Part shown: in pieces, positions 18,643 to 28,742 of the stretch
Numbering within the stretch: position 1 is the stretch's first letter
How the letters are laid out: every line of letters starts with the position of its first letter
Source: Myxococcota bacterium
Lineage (GTDB): Bacteria > Myxococcota_A > UBA796 > CAJQPC01
Assembly: GCA_023150845.1 (NCBI GenBank)
Contig: JAKLKD010000004.1
Coordinates: forward strand, 1,283-65,282
Direction of reading: 5' to 3'
Length of the DNA: 64,000 bases
Notes under the pieces: model-generated
What the model was told of the DNA's origin: nothing
The model's input: the letters and a program-made list of their open reading frames with translations, nothing else
The model's database searches: none
Program-made: the position numbers and the translations under genes

Positions 18643-18823
18643 GGGGGCCCCCGACGAGGGCCAAGCGCCGCCACACCCTCCTGTTGAGGGTCCACAACAT
18701 GGGGTGGCCGCGGTCTCCGGGCGGGCGCCGCGAGGGGGAGGCCCTAGGGACGAAGATCGGGCCCTGACGGCGACTCCGGCGGGATATGAGGAGGAGGAAC
18801 CTCTCTGCCTCAGGAGCCCTCCG

Positions 18824-19810
18824 ATGTCTGTCCCGACCACGATGCGCGCTGTCCACGTCGCCTCCCTCACCGGCCCCGACGCCGTCTCCATCGTCGAGCG
18901 CCCTGTCCCCGAGCCGGGCCCCGGCGAGGTGCTGGTGAAGGTGGGCGCGGGCGGGCTCAACTACGCCGACCTCATGCAGACGATGGGCCTCTACGTCGGC
19001 GGCCCGAAGGCCCCGTACTGGGCGGGCTTTGAGATCGCCGGAGAGGTCGTCGCCGCGGGCGAGGGCGCGTCTTGGCCCGTCGGGGCCCGGGTCATGGGCT
19101 TCGGCCAAGAGAGCTTCGCCGAGTACTCCATCGCCCACAGCGCCGCCCTGTTCCCCACCCCTGAAGGCTGGAGCGACGGCCAGGCCGTGAGCTTCCCCGT
19201 GCAGTGGCTCACCGCGCACGGCTGCTTACGCACCGTGGGCCGCCTCAAGGCCGGGGAGACCGTGCTCATCCACGCCGTCGCCGGGGGCGTCGGCCTCGCC
19301 GCGCTGCGCCTGGCCAAACGCTTCGGCGCCATCACCATCGGCACGGCGTCGAGCCCGGAGAAGCTCGCCATGGCCGCCGAGCGTGGCCTCGACCACGGCA
19401 TCGACTACACCAAGGTGAGCCTCGTGGACGAGGTGAAGCGCATCACCGGCGGCAAAGGCGTGGACCTCGTGCTGGAGATGGTCGGCGGCGAGACCTTACA
19501 CCAGAGCTGGGACGTCACCCGGCGCTACGGCCGCATCGTCGTCTACGGCGCCGCCAGCGGCGAGGCCGCGAAGATCGACAACGTGCGCCTCATCTTCAAC
19601 CCCGTCGAGTTCATCGGCTACCACATCACCCAGCTCATCGCCGGGCGCCCGGACCTCTTCGCCGAGGAGATGGCCGAGGTCACCGAGCTCCTCAAGGCCG
19701 GGGTGATGACCCCCGAGTCGCCGACCTCCTGGCCCGTGGACCTCATCCAAGACGCCCTGCGCGCCTTGGGCGAGCGCAAGACCACGGGCAAGCAGGTGGT
19801 GGTGTTCTGA
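18824..19810 (+). CDS. NADPH:quinone oxidoreductase (MDR/zeta-crystallin family)
   Basis: PEPGPGEVLVKV, LNYAD, IHAVAGGVG, GKGVDLVLE, GKQVV; ATG after AGGAG. Confidence 0.9.
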   Translation: MSVPTTMRAVHVASLTGPDAVSIVERPVPEPGPGEVLVKVGAGGLNYADLMQTMGLYVGGPKAPYWAGFEIAGEVVAAGEGASWPVGARVMGFGQESFAEYSIAHSAALFPTPEGWSDGQAVSFPVQWLTAHGCLRTVGRLKAGETVLIHAVAGGVGLAALRLAKRFGAITIGTASSPEKLAMAAERGLDHGIDYTKVSLVDEVKRITGGKGVDLVLEMVGGETLHQSWDVTRRYGRIVVYGAASGEAAKIDNVRLIFNPVEFIGYHITQLIAGRPDLFAEEMAEVTELLKAGVMTPESPTSWPVDLIQDALRALGERKTTGKQVVVF

Positions 19811-19811
19811 C

Positions 19812-21023
19812 CTAGACCCACGAGGGCAGACGCTGGAGGTGGCGCTCGATCATGGCCACCTCCCGCGCGTCGAACCCCAGCGCGCCGCGCTCCTGGGACC
19901 AGACCGCCTCGGCTCGCTCACGCGCCTCTCGGGCAAGGCGGGCGAGCTCCGCGTGGCTCATCTCCAACGCGCGGGCGAGCTTGTCCCAGCGGGCGGGCTT
20001 GGCGTCCTCAAAGCGTCTTGATCCGCCCAAGGTCAACGCCATCTCGTCATCCCCGAACACCACGCAGCTCACCAGATCATAGGCGGGCGACAGTCTCGGA
20101 TGGCGTCGGTCCGCGTAGATCACTCCCCAGTTCTTCCAGTGAGCGTCGGCGTTGCCGCACACGAGCATGAATATCAGGCGCCGGATCCATTGAGTGACAT
20201 CCTCTGGACACAACCTCGCGACTAGCCGCGCCATCTCCTCGTAGGAGCCGTACCCTAATCCAAGTTCGTAATCCAAACTACAGCCGATGATCTGGCCGAA
20301 GTCTTCCACATGCACTCGACCACCACCATCAGACCGATCGAAGCGCTCGGCGAGGAGGACGACGCCATTTCGAGGCTTGACACCTTCGGGCAGCACAATC
20401 CCCTCATCACGAATTGACGAGATACGAACCCGATGAGTCTCAACCCCAGATCGACGCGCCCATAGCGTCGTCGCATGCTCGACCTCGGGCATTCTATCGA
20501 ACTTAGAATCCTCAAACTTAGCGATGAAGTCGCCCGCCTCACCGTAGACGGGGCAGACGAATGCGCCCGCGTCGCGCCGATACGACACCTTCATCTGCAT
20601 TCCATGCAACCCGAAGGCGAAGGTTCCCGGCGGAACCTCGGGACGTCGCGCTGCGACCATCCCGCCGTCCACGCTCATGGCGCGCTGAACCGTGACCGCA
20701 CCCGGCAGGTCATTGCCGATCGCCACCAAGAGATCAAGATCAGACGATTCATCATCCAAGACAACCGACCCCGCCACGATCCGTCTCACCGTCCGTGTTG
20801 GAAGGATGTGCGCGAACCAGTTGGGAACCCCAGAGGCGCGGATCGGCCTGGGGCGAGAATCCTCAAACTGCTGCCCTAAAATGGGGCGCTGCCCATCCTT
20901 CAGCCACGCACCATCAAACACGAACAGATGGTCATAGCCGCTGCTCGCGTTGGCGTCGAATCCCAAGAACTCCAGGTGACCGACCAGGACCTCGTGAACA
21001 TACACGAAGGCCACCTGAATCAA
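19812..21023 (-). CDS. HipA-family kinase (N-terminal coupling domain plus kinase domain)
   Basis: VPNWFAHILP, DLPGAV, GLHGMQMK, IAKF, ERFDR, EDFGQ, GNADAHWKNW, LSPAYDL; TTG start overlaps the upstream TGA. Confidence 0.9.
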   Translation of the reverse strand: MIQVAFVYVHEVLVGHLEFLGFDANASSGYDHLFVFDGAWLKDGQRPILGQQFEDSRPRPIRASGVPNWFAHILPTRTVRRIVAGSVVLDDESSDLDLLVAIGNDLPGAVTVQRAMSVDGGMVAARRPEVPPGTFAFGLHGMQMKVSYRRDAGAFVCPVYGEAGDFIAKFEDSKFDRMPEVEHATTLWARRSGVETHRVRISSIRDEGIVLPEGVKPRNGVVLLAERFDRSDGGGRVHVEDFGQIIGCSLDYELGLGYGSYEEMARLVARLCPEDVTQWIRRLIFMLVCGNADAHWKNWGVIYADRRHPRLSPAYDLVSCVVFGDDEMALTLGGSRRFEDAKPARWDKLARALEMSHAELARLAREARERAEAVWSQERGALGFDAREVAMIERHLQRLPSWV

Positions 21024-22597
21024 GCCGCACCACCCATCAAGTACGCGATCGCGGGACGGTCGTTCTCACCCGGCGCAGCGAGACGCAAGATCAGCTCGTC
21101 AAGCTCGACGCTCAGCGCGAGCCCGCGCAGACGAATAAACTCGGTCTCATCGCCCGACTCAAGGGCAGAGAGCATCGTGTCGTCGAGCAGGAGGCTATAG
21201 GGGTCGGGCGCGCCAAAGGGCGTCGCGGACTCGTGATCCTCGGAAGCTCTGAGTTTTTTGGCTCTCCACACACGGGAGGCGATGGTTTTTTCATGGGCTG
21301 GGCAGACCGACCGGAAGAGCTCGCTGAGGTTATGAGCCTCAAGCTCGCACTGGAGCGCGCTCAGCGTGAGCATGTCCGTGCTTAGCAGACGACTGGACAG
21401 CGTGAGCGCACAGAACCGAGTGTTCGCACCGCCGCCGTTCCACACGGCCAACGGATCCGGCGCACGAAGCTCACGCGGCACCCGGGTCAAGAGCCGCTGA
21501 ACCGAGTCCGTCGGATCCTGGCCGATGTCCATCAACTGGCGGTGAATCACCTCGTTGGAGGTGTTCGCGTGGACACCAGAGAGCGCGCCGCGCCATAGCC
21601 AGCGCACGAGCAAGGTGCGGTCACGCGGGTTGAGCTGGGGGTGGAGGTCAAAGAGCCGCGCAAGTACGATGAGCGTCCCACGATACGGGAGCAGGGCGCT
21701 GTGCGGGATCTCAGCCTCTGTGATGATGAAGTCGCAGGCCCGCGTGAGCGCCTGGATCACGCGGTTGATGAGCGCGCTGTCGGGCCGGTCTTGCTCAGAG
21801 AACTCCCGGCGGGGGTTCGGGTCGCGAACGGCGCGAACGCAGCGTAAGAGCCAGTCCTCGGAGAGCTTACCAAAGCCCGTGCTCCGATGAAGCTCCTCCG
21901 CGAGCCGCGCCAAGGGCTGGTCCTCATCAGCACCAAAAAGCGCGTTAAAGACTTCGGAGTCCTTGAGCGCAATGCCCGCGTTGTTTACCCGAGAGAAGAT
22001 GAGCTTAAGTACCTCCGCGGTGGCATCTACGACGATGTACGCGGGCACCGCGTAGTTCATAATCGTCGCCTCGAGATCAAAGGCACGTTCCACCAATTCT
22101 TCCGTCTCACTCCCCGCTTGAAAGGACCGTGACCATTGATGGAGCTTCTTCCGATCTCCGATGACGTTGAGCGGGAGCCAAGCCAGCTCAGTTGGTGCTG
22201 TCCGCATGACCTTGAACGTGTAGTCCCTAAGGTTCACCCAAACCGAATGGATACCCCCAGTTGGACTCTTGGTCGGGTGACGCAGCGTTCCGATGAGCGC
22301 CGTGACCCGTTGCTGGCCATCCACGAGCAACAGCCCCTCACGCTGCTCGGGCGCCTTAACCTCCACGGGCCCGAACCGCTCGACGCCCGCAGGAAGCTCT
22401 TTGCTCCAGAGCAGCAGGCTGCCGATGGGGAAGCCACGCACGATGCTGTCGAAGAGCTCGACGACGTTCTCCGAGCTCCAGCGCAGCGGCCGCTGAAACT
22501 TAGGCACCCTCAGCCTCCCCTCCTGAGCCGCAGAGAGGATGTCTTCGACCTTAAGAGACTCTGCGCGAGGACGCTTGGGAAGAGAAGGGAGACTCAT
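21020..22597 (-). CDS. DUF262 (ParB-like NTPase, GmrSD/SspE-related) protein with degenerate C-terminal region
   Basis: VPKFQR..W, DSIVRGFPIGSLLLW, VDGQQRVT, FSRVNNAG; no intact (D/E)HxxP HNH motif seen. Confidence 0.88.
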   Translation of the reverse strand: MSLPSLPKRPRAESLKVEDILSAAQEGRLRVPKFQRPLRWSSENVVELFDSIVRGFPIGSLLLWSKELPAGVERFGPVEVKAPEQREGLLLVDGQQRVTALIGTLRHPTKSPTGGIHSVWVNLRDYTFKVMRTAPTELAWLPLNVIGDRKKLHQWSRSFQAGSETEELVERAFDLEATIMNYAVPAYIVVDATAEVLKLIFSRVNNAGIALKDSEVFNALFGADEDQPLARLAEELHRSTGFGKLSEDWLLRCVRAVRDPNPRREFSEQDRPDSALINRVIQALTRACDFIITEAEIPHSALLPYRGTLIVLARLFDLHPQLNPRDRTLLVRWLWRGALSGVHANTSNEVIHRQLMDIGQDPTDSVQRLLTRVPRELRAPDPLAVWNGGGANTRFCALTLSSRLLSTDMLTLSALQCELEAHNLSELFRSVCPAHEKTIASRVWRAKKLRASEDHESATPFGAPDPYSLLLDDTMLSALESGDETEFIRLRGLALSVELDELILRLAAPGENDRPAIAYLMGGAA

Positions 22598-22677
22598 AGC
22601 CCACCTTTTACCTCGACAGGAGCGGCCACACAACTGCGCCGCCGCACAACCGCACCACGGCCTCGATGGGTCCGCCC

Positions 22678-23706
22678 TCACACCGCCTGGGGCACGCCGC
22701 CCAGCGCGTCCTCGGCCTCGTAGTCCTCCTCACGCTTCGGCGCGCCGGGCTCGGGGCCCTCGCCCATGAGGGCGCGCAGGCCCGCCGGGGGGAGCGGCTT
22801 CTGGCCGGCGAGCTGGCTGAGGTACTCGTGGTGGAAGTAGTAGGGCCGCAGGGGCTCGGGGACGATCTCCCGGGCCTTCTTGTGGTACGCGGGGAGGCTG
22901 TACCAGGGCACCGAGAAGTTGGCGTGGTGCTCAAAGTGGTAGTTGATGTTGAAGGGCGAGAAGACCACGGCCACGGGGTAGAAGTAGGTGCGGGAGCGGA
23001 GCAGCCGGTCGGGCTCCTGGGCGAGGCCGCCGCCGTGCTCTTGGGCCTTCTTCAGGTAGTTGAGGATCGAGACCACCTGGAAGCCCACGACGAGGGCCGC
23101 GGGCACCACCCAGCCGAAGACGGCCCAGCTCGCGGCGATGATCGGCGCCCAGACGGCCACGCCGATGGCCGCGCGCTTGAGCTGGCCAGGGTACTGCTTC
23201 GAGGGGTTGTAGGCCACGAACGAGAGCGGGATGAGCGCCAGGATGAGCAGGCGCTTGTAGAGCTCCCAGCCGGTGATGGGGAAGCGGTCCTGGGGGTCGT
23301 CCTCCTCGCAGGGGCGCAGGTGGTGGATGGTGTGGCCCTTCTCCCAGTGGCGGATGTAGTCGGTGAAGAACAGCCAGCCCGCGAACACCCCGACGGCGCG
23401 GTTGAGGCGCTTGCCGCGCTCCCGGTCGGCGCTGAGCACGAACATGTTGTGGCTACATTCATGGATGATGAGCACGTTCACGCCGAAGTAGACGACGCCG
23501 AAGATCACCCCCGCGACGGGGATGTACAGCGCCGCGGGCAGGGCGGCGGAGAGCATCATCGCCAACAAGGAGACGAGCACGAGCACGAGGGTGCCGAAGC
23601 CGTTGATGAGGTTGTGCCGAAGGGGATCCTTCTTCATCGCGTGAAGGTCGTTTCCGGCCGTGACCACCTCGCGCATCCAGGCCGGGCGCTTCTGTGGCTT
23701 CTCCAT
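22678..23706 (-). CDS. Membrane-bound fatty acid desaturase
   Basis: Three His boxes HECSH, HTIHH and HFEHH; TM segments. Confidence 0.9.
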   Translation of the reverse strand: MEKPQKRPAWMREVVTAGNDLHAMKKDPLRHNLINGFGTLVLVLVSLLAMMLSAALPAALYIPVAGVIFGVVYFGVNVLIIHECSHNMFVLSADRERGKRLNRAVGVFAGWLFFTDYIRHWEKGHTIHHLRPCEEDDPQDRFPITGWELYKRLLILALIPLSFVAYNPSKQYPGQLKRAAIGVAVWAPIIAASWAVFGWVVPAALVVGFQVVSILNYLKKAQEHGGGLAQEPDRLLRSRTYFYPVAVVFSPFNINYHFEHHANFSVPWYSLPAYHKKAREIVPEPLRPYYFHHEYLSQLAGQKPLPPAGLRALMGEGPEPGAPKREEDYEAEDALGGVPQAV

Positions 23707-23853
23707 GATCCTTGTCTCCTGATGGCGTTGGAGGCAGGGGGTGTCGCCTCCGGGACAACCAATCTATCCCGGCGGGCGCGGCGCGGGCGGACGGATGTGT
23801 GATAAGCCACACGGCCCTGCCGATCCCCTGATCTTGGCCAGCCCTGGAGCCCC

Positions 23854-24945
23854 ATGCGAGTTCTCTCCGTCGGACGGGCCTTCCCGCCGAACTACTACGA
23901 CCAGGAGACGCTCATCGCCGCCTTCACCCAGCACTGGGCGAGCGCGATGCACAACCAGCGGCGCCTGGAGCAGCTTCACCGGCACGTGCTCGTCGGCGGC
24001 CGCCACCTCGCCCTGCCGATGGAGGAGTACCTCGGCCTCAACGGCTTCACCGACGCCAACAACCGCTGGATCACCGTGGCCCAAGAGGTCGGCGGCGCCG
24101 CGGTGCTCGACGCCTTGGCCCGTGCTGGGCTGCGCCCGGAGCAGCTCGGCGCCTTCTTCTTCACGACGGTGACCGGCCTCGCGACGCCCTCCATCGACGC
24201 CCGGCTCATCAACCGCCTCGGCCTGCCCGACCACCTCAAGCGGGTGCCGATCTTCGGCCTGGGCTGCGTCGCCGGGGCCGCCGGGGTCGCCCGGGCCGCG
24301 GACTATGTGCGCGCCTTCCCCGACGAGGCCGCCCTCTTGCTGTCCGTCGAGCTCTGCTCCCTCACCATGCAGCGCCAGGACGTGTCGATCCCGAACCTCA
24401 TCAGCTCCGGGCTCTTTGGGGACGGGGCGGCCTGCGCCGTCGTCGCCGGGGAGCGCCTCGCCGCGCGGCTCGCCGAGGAGGGCGGGGTCGGGGCCCAGGC
24501 CGCGGCGGACGGCCCGCAGGTGCTCGCCACCCGCTCGGTGTTCTACCCGAACAGCGAGGACGTCATGGGCTTGGACATCTCCGAGCGCGGCTTCCGCATC
24601 GTGCTCTCCGCCGGGGTGCCCGAGGTCGTGAAGGCCCACCTGCGCGGCGACGTGGACCGCTTCTTGGCCAGCCAGGGCCTCAGCCTCCAGGACATCTCCT
24701 CCTGGGTCTGCCACCCCGGCGGGCCCAAGGTGCTCGAGTCCTTTGAGGAGGTCCTGGAGCTCGGCCCCGAGGCCCTGGAGCTCACCTGGCGCTCCTTGCG
24801 GGAGGTGGGCAACCTCTCGTCCTCGTCGGTGCTCATGGTCCTGCGGGACACCATGGAGACGCGGCGCCCCGCCCGGGGGTCCTTGGGCCTGATGATCGCG
24901 ATGGGGCCGGGCTTCTGCTCCGAGCTCGTGCTCTTGAGGTGGTGA
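23854..24945 (+). CDS. Type III polyketide synthase (FtpA/SrsA-like)
   Basis: GLGCVAG, VELCS, LFGDG, CHPGGPK, GNLSS, MGPGF: intact Cys-His-Asn triad. Confidence 0.95.
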   Translation: MRVLSVGRAFPPNYYDQETLIAAFTQHWASAMHNQRRLEQLHRHVLVGGRHLALPMEEYLGLNGFTDANNRWITVAQEVGGAAVLDALARAGLRPEQLGAFFFTTVTGLATPSIDARLINRLGLPDHLKRVPIFGLGCVAGAAGVARAADYVRAFPDEAALLLSVELCSLTMQRQDVSIPNLISSGLFGDGAACAVVAGERLAARLAEEGGVGAQAAADGPQVLATRSVFYPNSEDVMGLDISERGFRIVLSAGVPEVVKAHLRGDVDRFLASQGLSLQDISSWVCHPGGPKVLESFEEVLELGPEALELTWRSLREVGNLSSSSVLMVLRDTMETRRPARGSLGLMIAMGPGFCSELVLLRW

Positions 24946-25514
24946 TGGACAGCCGCCTGCTCTACACCCTGCTCGTCGGGCTCATCGCCCTGGAGCGGCT
25001 CTATGAGCTGCGCCTGAGCGCCAAGAACGCCGCCTGGGCCATGGCCCGAGGGGGCGTCGAGCGCGGTCAGGGGCACTACCCGGCGATGGCGGCCTTACAC
25101 ACCGGGGGCCTCATCGCCGCGCCCGCGGAGGTCTGGCTCCTTGACCGCGCCTTCTCCCCGGCCTTGGGCGCGCTCTGCGGCGTGATCCTCGTGGGCACCA
25201 TGGCGCTGCGGTACTGGGCGGTGAGCACCCTAGGCCCACGCTGGAACACCCGGGTCATCGTGGTGCCCGGCCTGGGCCCGGTGACCGAGGGGCCCTACCG
25301 GCACCTGCGCCACCCGAACTACCTCGCCGTGATCCTTGAGCTAGGCGCTCTGCCGCTCCTGCACGGCGCTTGGATCACCGCCCTGGTCAGCTCGACGCTG
25401 AACGCCTGGCTCTTGACGGTGCGTATCCGGACCGAGGAGGCCGCGCTCAACGAGCTGTGCAATTATGGGGAGCATATGGGCACTAAGCCGAGGCTTGTGC
25501 CGGGCAAGGACTAG
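24945..25514 (+). CDS. Isoprenylcysteine carboxyl methyltransferase family (FtpB/SrsB-like O-methyltransferase)
   Basis: ERLYEL, LG.RWNTRV, GPYRHLRHPNY, RIRTEE. Confidence 0.9.
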   Translation: MDSRLLYTLLVGLIALERLYELRLSAKNAAWAMARGGVERGQGHYPAMAALHTGGLIAAPAEVWLLDRAFSPALGALCGVILVGTMALRYWAVSTLGPRWNTRVIVVPGLGPVTEGPYRHLRHPNYLAVILELGALPLLHGAWITALVSSTLNAWLLTVRIRTEEAALNELCNYGEHMGTKPRLVPGKD

Positions 25515-25517
25515 GCG

Positions 25518-25796
25518 ATGGACGACGCGGAGAAGGCCCTCGGGCCGGAGATGACGGAGGAGGCGCTCTTGGCGCTCATCGGCGAGATCGCCCAGACGAG
25601 GCTGGGATACGCGGGGTCGCTCACCAACGACACCCGGCTCGTCGAGGCCCTGGCCTTGGACTCGGTCCGCCTGCTCACCCTCGTCGTCGAGCTCGAGAAC
25701 CGCCTGGAGCTGTGCCTGGACGAGGGTGACGAGCAAGGCGTCGAGACCGTCGGCGAGCTCATCGCGCTCTTGAGGAGGCGTCGTGCTGAGGCTTGA
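25518..25796 (+). CDS. Acyl carrier protein (FtpC-like)
   Basis: LALDSV phosphopantetheine site; acidic; TVGEL. Confidence 0.88.
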   Translation: MDDAEKALGPEMTEEALLALIGEIAQTRLGYAGSLTNDTRLVEALALDSVRLLTLVVELENRLELCLDEGDEQGVETVGELIALLRRRRAEA

Positions 25797-27567
25797 GGGC
25801 GGGCGTGTGGTGGGCATGCACCCGACGCTGACCGCGACCTTACGCGCGGCGGCGGAGGCGAGCCCTAAAGGGGGGCTGCGGTTCCTCGACCGAAAGGAGC
25901 AGGTCACCGCGGTGTCTTGGGCCGCCGTCCTGGACGGGGCGAGCCGGGTGGCCGCCGGGCTGCACGCCCTGGGGCTCAACCCCGGCGAGCGCGTCGGGCT
26001 CATCTTCCCGACGAACCTCGGCTTCTTTGAGGGCTTCTTCGGGGCGCTCCTCGCGGGCGGGGTGCCGACGCCGCTCTACCCCCCGGCGCGCCTCGGGCGA
26101 ATGGAGGACTACCACGACCGCACGGCGCGGATGCTGCGGGCGGCGGGGGTCAAGTTGGCGCTTCTCGACCCCATGGTGCGACGGGTGATCGGCCCGACCA
26201 TTCAGCAGGCGCGACCGGCGCTCGGCGCCTTCACCTTGGACGCGCTGCCCCGGGGCGGCCCGCCCGCGCCGACCCCCAAGGACGACCCCAACGCCTTGGC
26301 GATGGTGCAGTTCAGCTCGGGCACCACCGTCGACCCCAAGCCCGTCGCGCTGACCCACCGGGCGGTGCTCGCCCAGACCGAGGCCATCGGAATTCAGGTG
26401 CTCCGCCTCGACCCCACCGCCCGGGCCGGGGTGAGCTGGCTGCCGCTCTACCACGACATGGGGCTCATCGGCTGCGTCTTCCCGGCCTTGGCCCAGGCCG
26501 GGGAGCTGACCCTCATCGGCCCGGAGCAGTTCTTGGCCCGGCCGGCGCTCTGGCTGCGCGCGCTCTCCCGCGCCCGCGCCGTGGCGTCCCCGGCGCCGAA
26601 CTTCGCCTACGCCTACTGCCTCCAGCGCATCACCGACGAGGAGCTCGACGGCGTAGACCTCAGCGCCTGGCGCCTCGCGCTCAACGGCGCCGAGCCCGTC
26701 TCCCCGGACACCCTGCGGGGCTTCTCGACACGCTTCGCCCGCTGGGGCCTGCGCCCCGAGGCGCTCACGCCGGTCTATGGGCTCTCCGAGGCGAGCCTCG
26801 CGGTGACCTTCGCCGAGGTAGACGCCCCCTTCCGGACCCTGCACGTCGACCGGGTGCGGCTCGCCGAGGGCGTGGCCGAGCCCTCCCCCGACGGCGTCGA
26901 GCTCGTGAGCGTCGGCCGCCCCGTCTTCGGCTTTGAGGTGGAGCTGCGCGGCCCCGACGGCCTCGACCCCCTGCCTGAAGGCCGGGTGGGCCGCCTCTTC
27001 GTGAGCGGGCCGAGCCTCATGCGCGGCTACCTCGACCAGCCTGAGGCCACGGCGCGGGCCCTGGTCGGCGGCTGGTTGGACACCGGGGACCTCGGCTTCT
27101 TGTGGGAGGGGGAGCTCTACCTCGTCGGCCGGGCGAAGGACGTGCTCATCCTCCGGGGCCGAAACCACCCGCCGCACCCCGTCGAGCAGGCCGTCGACGC
27201 GCTGCCGGGGGTGCGGGCGGGCTGCGCGGCGGCGGTGAGCTTCCGCCCCGAGGGCGCCGACCACGAGCTGCTCCTGCTGTTCATCGAGCGCCGGGCCGAC
27301 GCCAGCGCTGAAGACCTCGCCGCCTTGCCCGAGGCCGCGGCCCAGGCGGTGCTCCTCCAGACGAGCCTGCGCCCCGACGAGGTGATCGTGCTCGCCCCCG
27401 GCACCCTGCCGCGCACCTCCTCGGGCAAGATCCGCCGGGCGGAGACCCTGCGCCTGTTCACGGCGGGCCAGCTCTTGCCCCCGGAGGAGGTCGGCGCGCT
27501 CAAGATCGCGGGGATGATGGCGCGCTCCTGGCTCGCCTTCGCCCGGCTCCGGCTCGAGGGCTCGTGA
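25783..27567 (+). CDS. Fatty acyl-AMP ligase (FtpD-like)
   Basis: QFSSGTT.DPK, SWLPLYHDMGLIG, PNFAY, YGLSE, DTGDLG, LPRTSSGK. Confidence 0.92.
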   Translation: MLRLEGGRVVGMHPTLTATLRAAAEASPKGGLRFLDRKEQVTAVSWAAVLDGASRVAAGLHALGLNPGERVGLIFPTNLGFFEGFFGALLAGGVPTPLYPPARLGRMEDYHDRTARMLRAAGVKLALLDPMVRRVIGPTIQQARPALGAFTLDALPRGGPPAPTPKDDPNALAMVQFSSGTTVDPKPVALTHRAVLAQTEAIGIQVLRLDPTARAGVSWLPLYHDMGLIGCVFPALAQAGELTLIGPEQFLARPALWLRALSRARAVASPAPNFAYAYCLQRITDEELDGVDLSAWRLALNGAEPVSPDTLRGFSTRFARWGLRPEALTPVYGLSEASLAVTFAEVDAPFRTLHVDRVRLAEGVAEPSPDGVELVSVGRPVFGFEVELRGPDGLDPLPEGRVGRLFVSGPSLMRGYLDQPEATARALVGGWLDTGDLGFLWEGELYLVGRAKDVLILRGRNHPPHPVEQAVDALPGVRAGCAAAVSFRPEGADHELLLLFIERRADASAEDLAALPEAAAQAVLLQTSLRPDEVIVLAPGTLPRTSSGKIRRAETLRLFTAGQLLPPEEVGALKIAGMMARSWLAFARLRLEGS

Positions 27568-28688
27568 GCGCGTCCCGATCGCTGCTCGTCGTCGGCGGCG
27601 GCCCGGTGGGCCTCGCGGCGGCGATCCTGGGCCGGATGGACGGGCACGAGGTCACGCTCATCGAGCGCGGCCGGCCCCCGGTGGACAAGCCCTGCGGCGA
27701 GGGCCTCATGCCCAGCGGCGTGCTGCGCCTCCAGGCGATGGGCGTGACCCTCGACCCCGAGGGCCTGCACCCGTTCATGGGGGTGCGCTACATCGACGGG
27801 GAGCGGGAGGCCGGGGCGCGCTTCACCTTCGGCGAGGGCTACGGCTGCCGCCGCACCTACCTCCAGGCGGCGATGGCGCGGCGGGCGGAGGAGCTCGGCG
27901 TGGCGCTGCACTTCGGCCAAGAGGTCGTCGCCGTCGACGCCGATCAGGGGGAGGTCCGCACCGCCGATGGGCAGACCTTCCGGGCGGAGCTCGTGCTCGC
28001 CGCCGACGGCCTGCGCTCGACGGTACGAAAGCTCCTCCAGCTCGACGGGCCGCCGCCGTCCCGGCCACGGTTCGGGATGCGCCAGCACTACACGATCAAG
28101 CCCTGGACCGACGAGGTGGAGGTGTACTGGTCCGACACCGCCGAGGCCTACGTCACCCCCGTCGGCCCCAACCGTGTAGGCGTGGCGTTTTTGTGGTCCG
28201 GCGACGGCGAACGATTCCCGGGCCTGCTCAGCCGGTTCCCCGCGCTCCAAGAGAGGCTCGGGGACGCGCCGATCGAGAGCCAGGTGCGGGGCACGGGGCC
28301 GCTGCAGGTGCGGCCCAAGGCCGTGCTCAAGGGCAAGGTCGCGCTCATCGGCGACGCGGCGGGCTACTTCGACGCCATCACCGGGGAGGGCCTCACCTTA
28401 GGCTTCGCCCAGGCGGCGACTGTGCTCAAACACGTCGAGGAGGGCAGGCTCCAAGACTGGCCCAAGAGCCACAGAGGCCTCGTCATTGAGCCTTACCTCA
28501 TGATTCATCTGCTCTTGTTCATCGAGCGATACCCGCCCCTGCGCCGCCGGGTGATCGCCGCGCTGTCCAAAGACCCCGAGCTCTTTGAGCAGCTCTTGCA
28601 GATCAACGACGGCCTCCTGCGGCCCCACGAGCTGCCGCCGAAGGCGATCTTACGCCTCGTGTGGCGGGTGCTCTGGGGCGTGGGCTAA
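27564..28688 (+). CDS. FAD-dependent oxidoreductase/monooxygenase (SrsC-like)
   Basis: GGGPVG, DKPCGEG, AADG, GDAAG..DAITGEG. Confidence 0.88.
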   Translation: MSASRSLLVVGGGPVGLAAAILGRMDGHEVTLIERGRPPVDKPCGEGLMPSGVLRLQAMGVTLDPEGLHPFMGVRYIDGEREAGARFTFGEGYGCRRTYLQAAMARRAEELGVALHFGQEVVAVDADQGEVRTADGQTFRAELVLAADGLRSTVRKLLQLDGPPPSRPRFGMRQHYTIKPWTDEVEVYWSDTAEAYVTPVGPNRVGVAFLWSGDGERFPGLLSRFPALQERLGDAPIESQVRGTGPLQVRPKAVLKGKVALIGDAAGYFDAITGEGLTLGFAQAATVLKHVEEGRLQDWPKSHRGLVIEPYLMIHLLLFIERYPPLRRRVIAALSKDPELFEQLLQINDGLLRPHELPPKAILRLVWRVLWGVG

Positions 28689-28742
28689 ACTCCCCGGCGC
28701 CGCGCTCATCCTGAGCGGTGGTCCAAGGTTGGAGCGTTCGGT

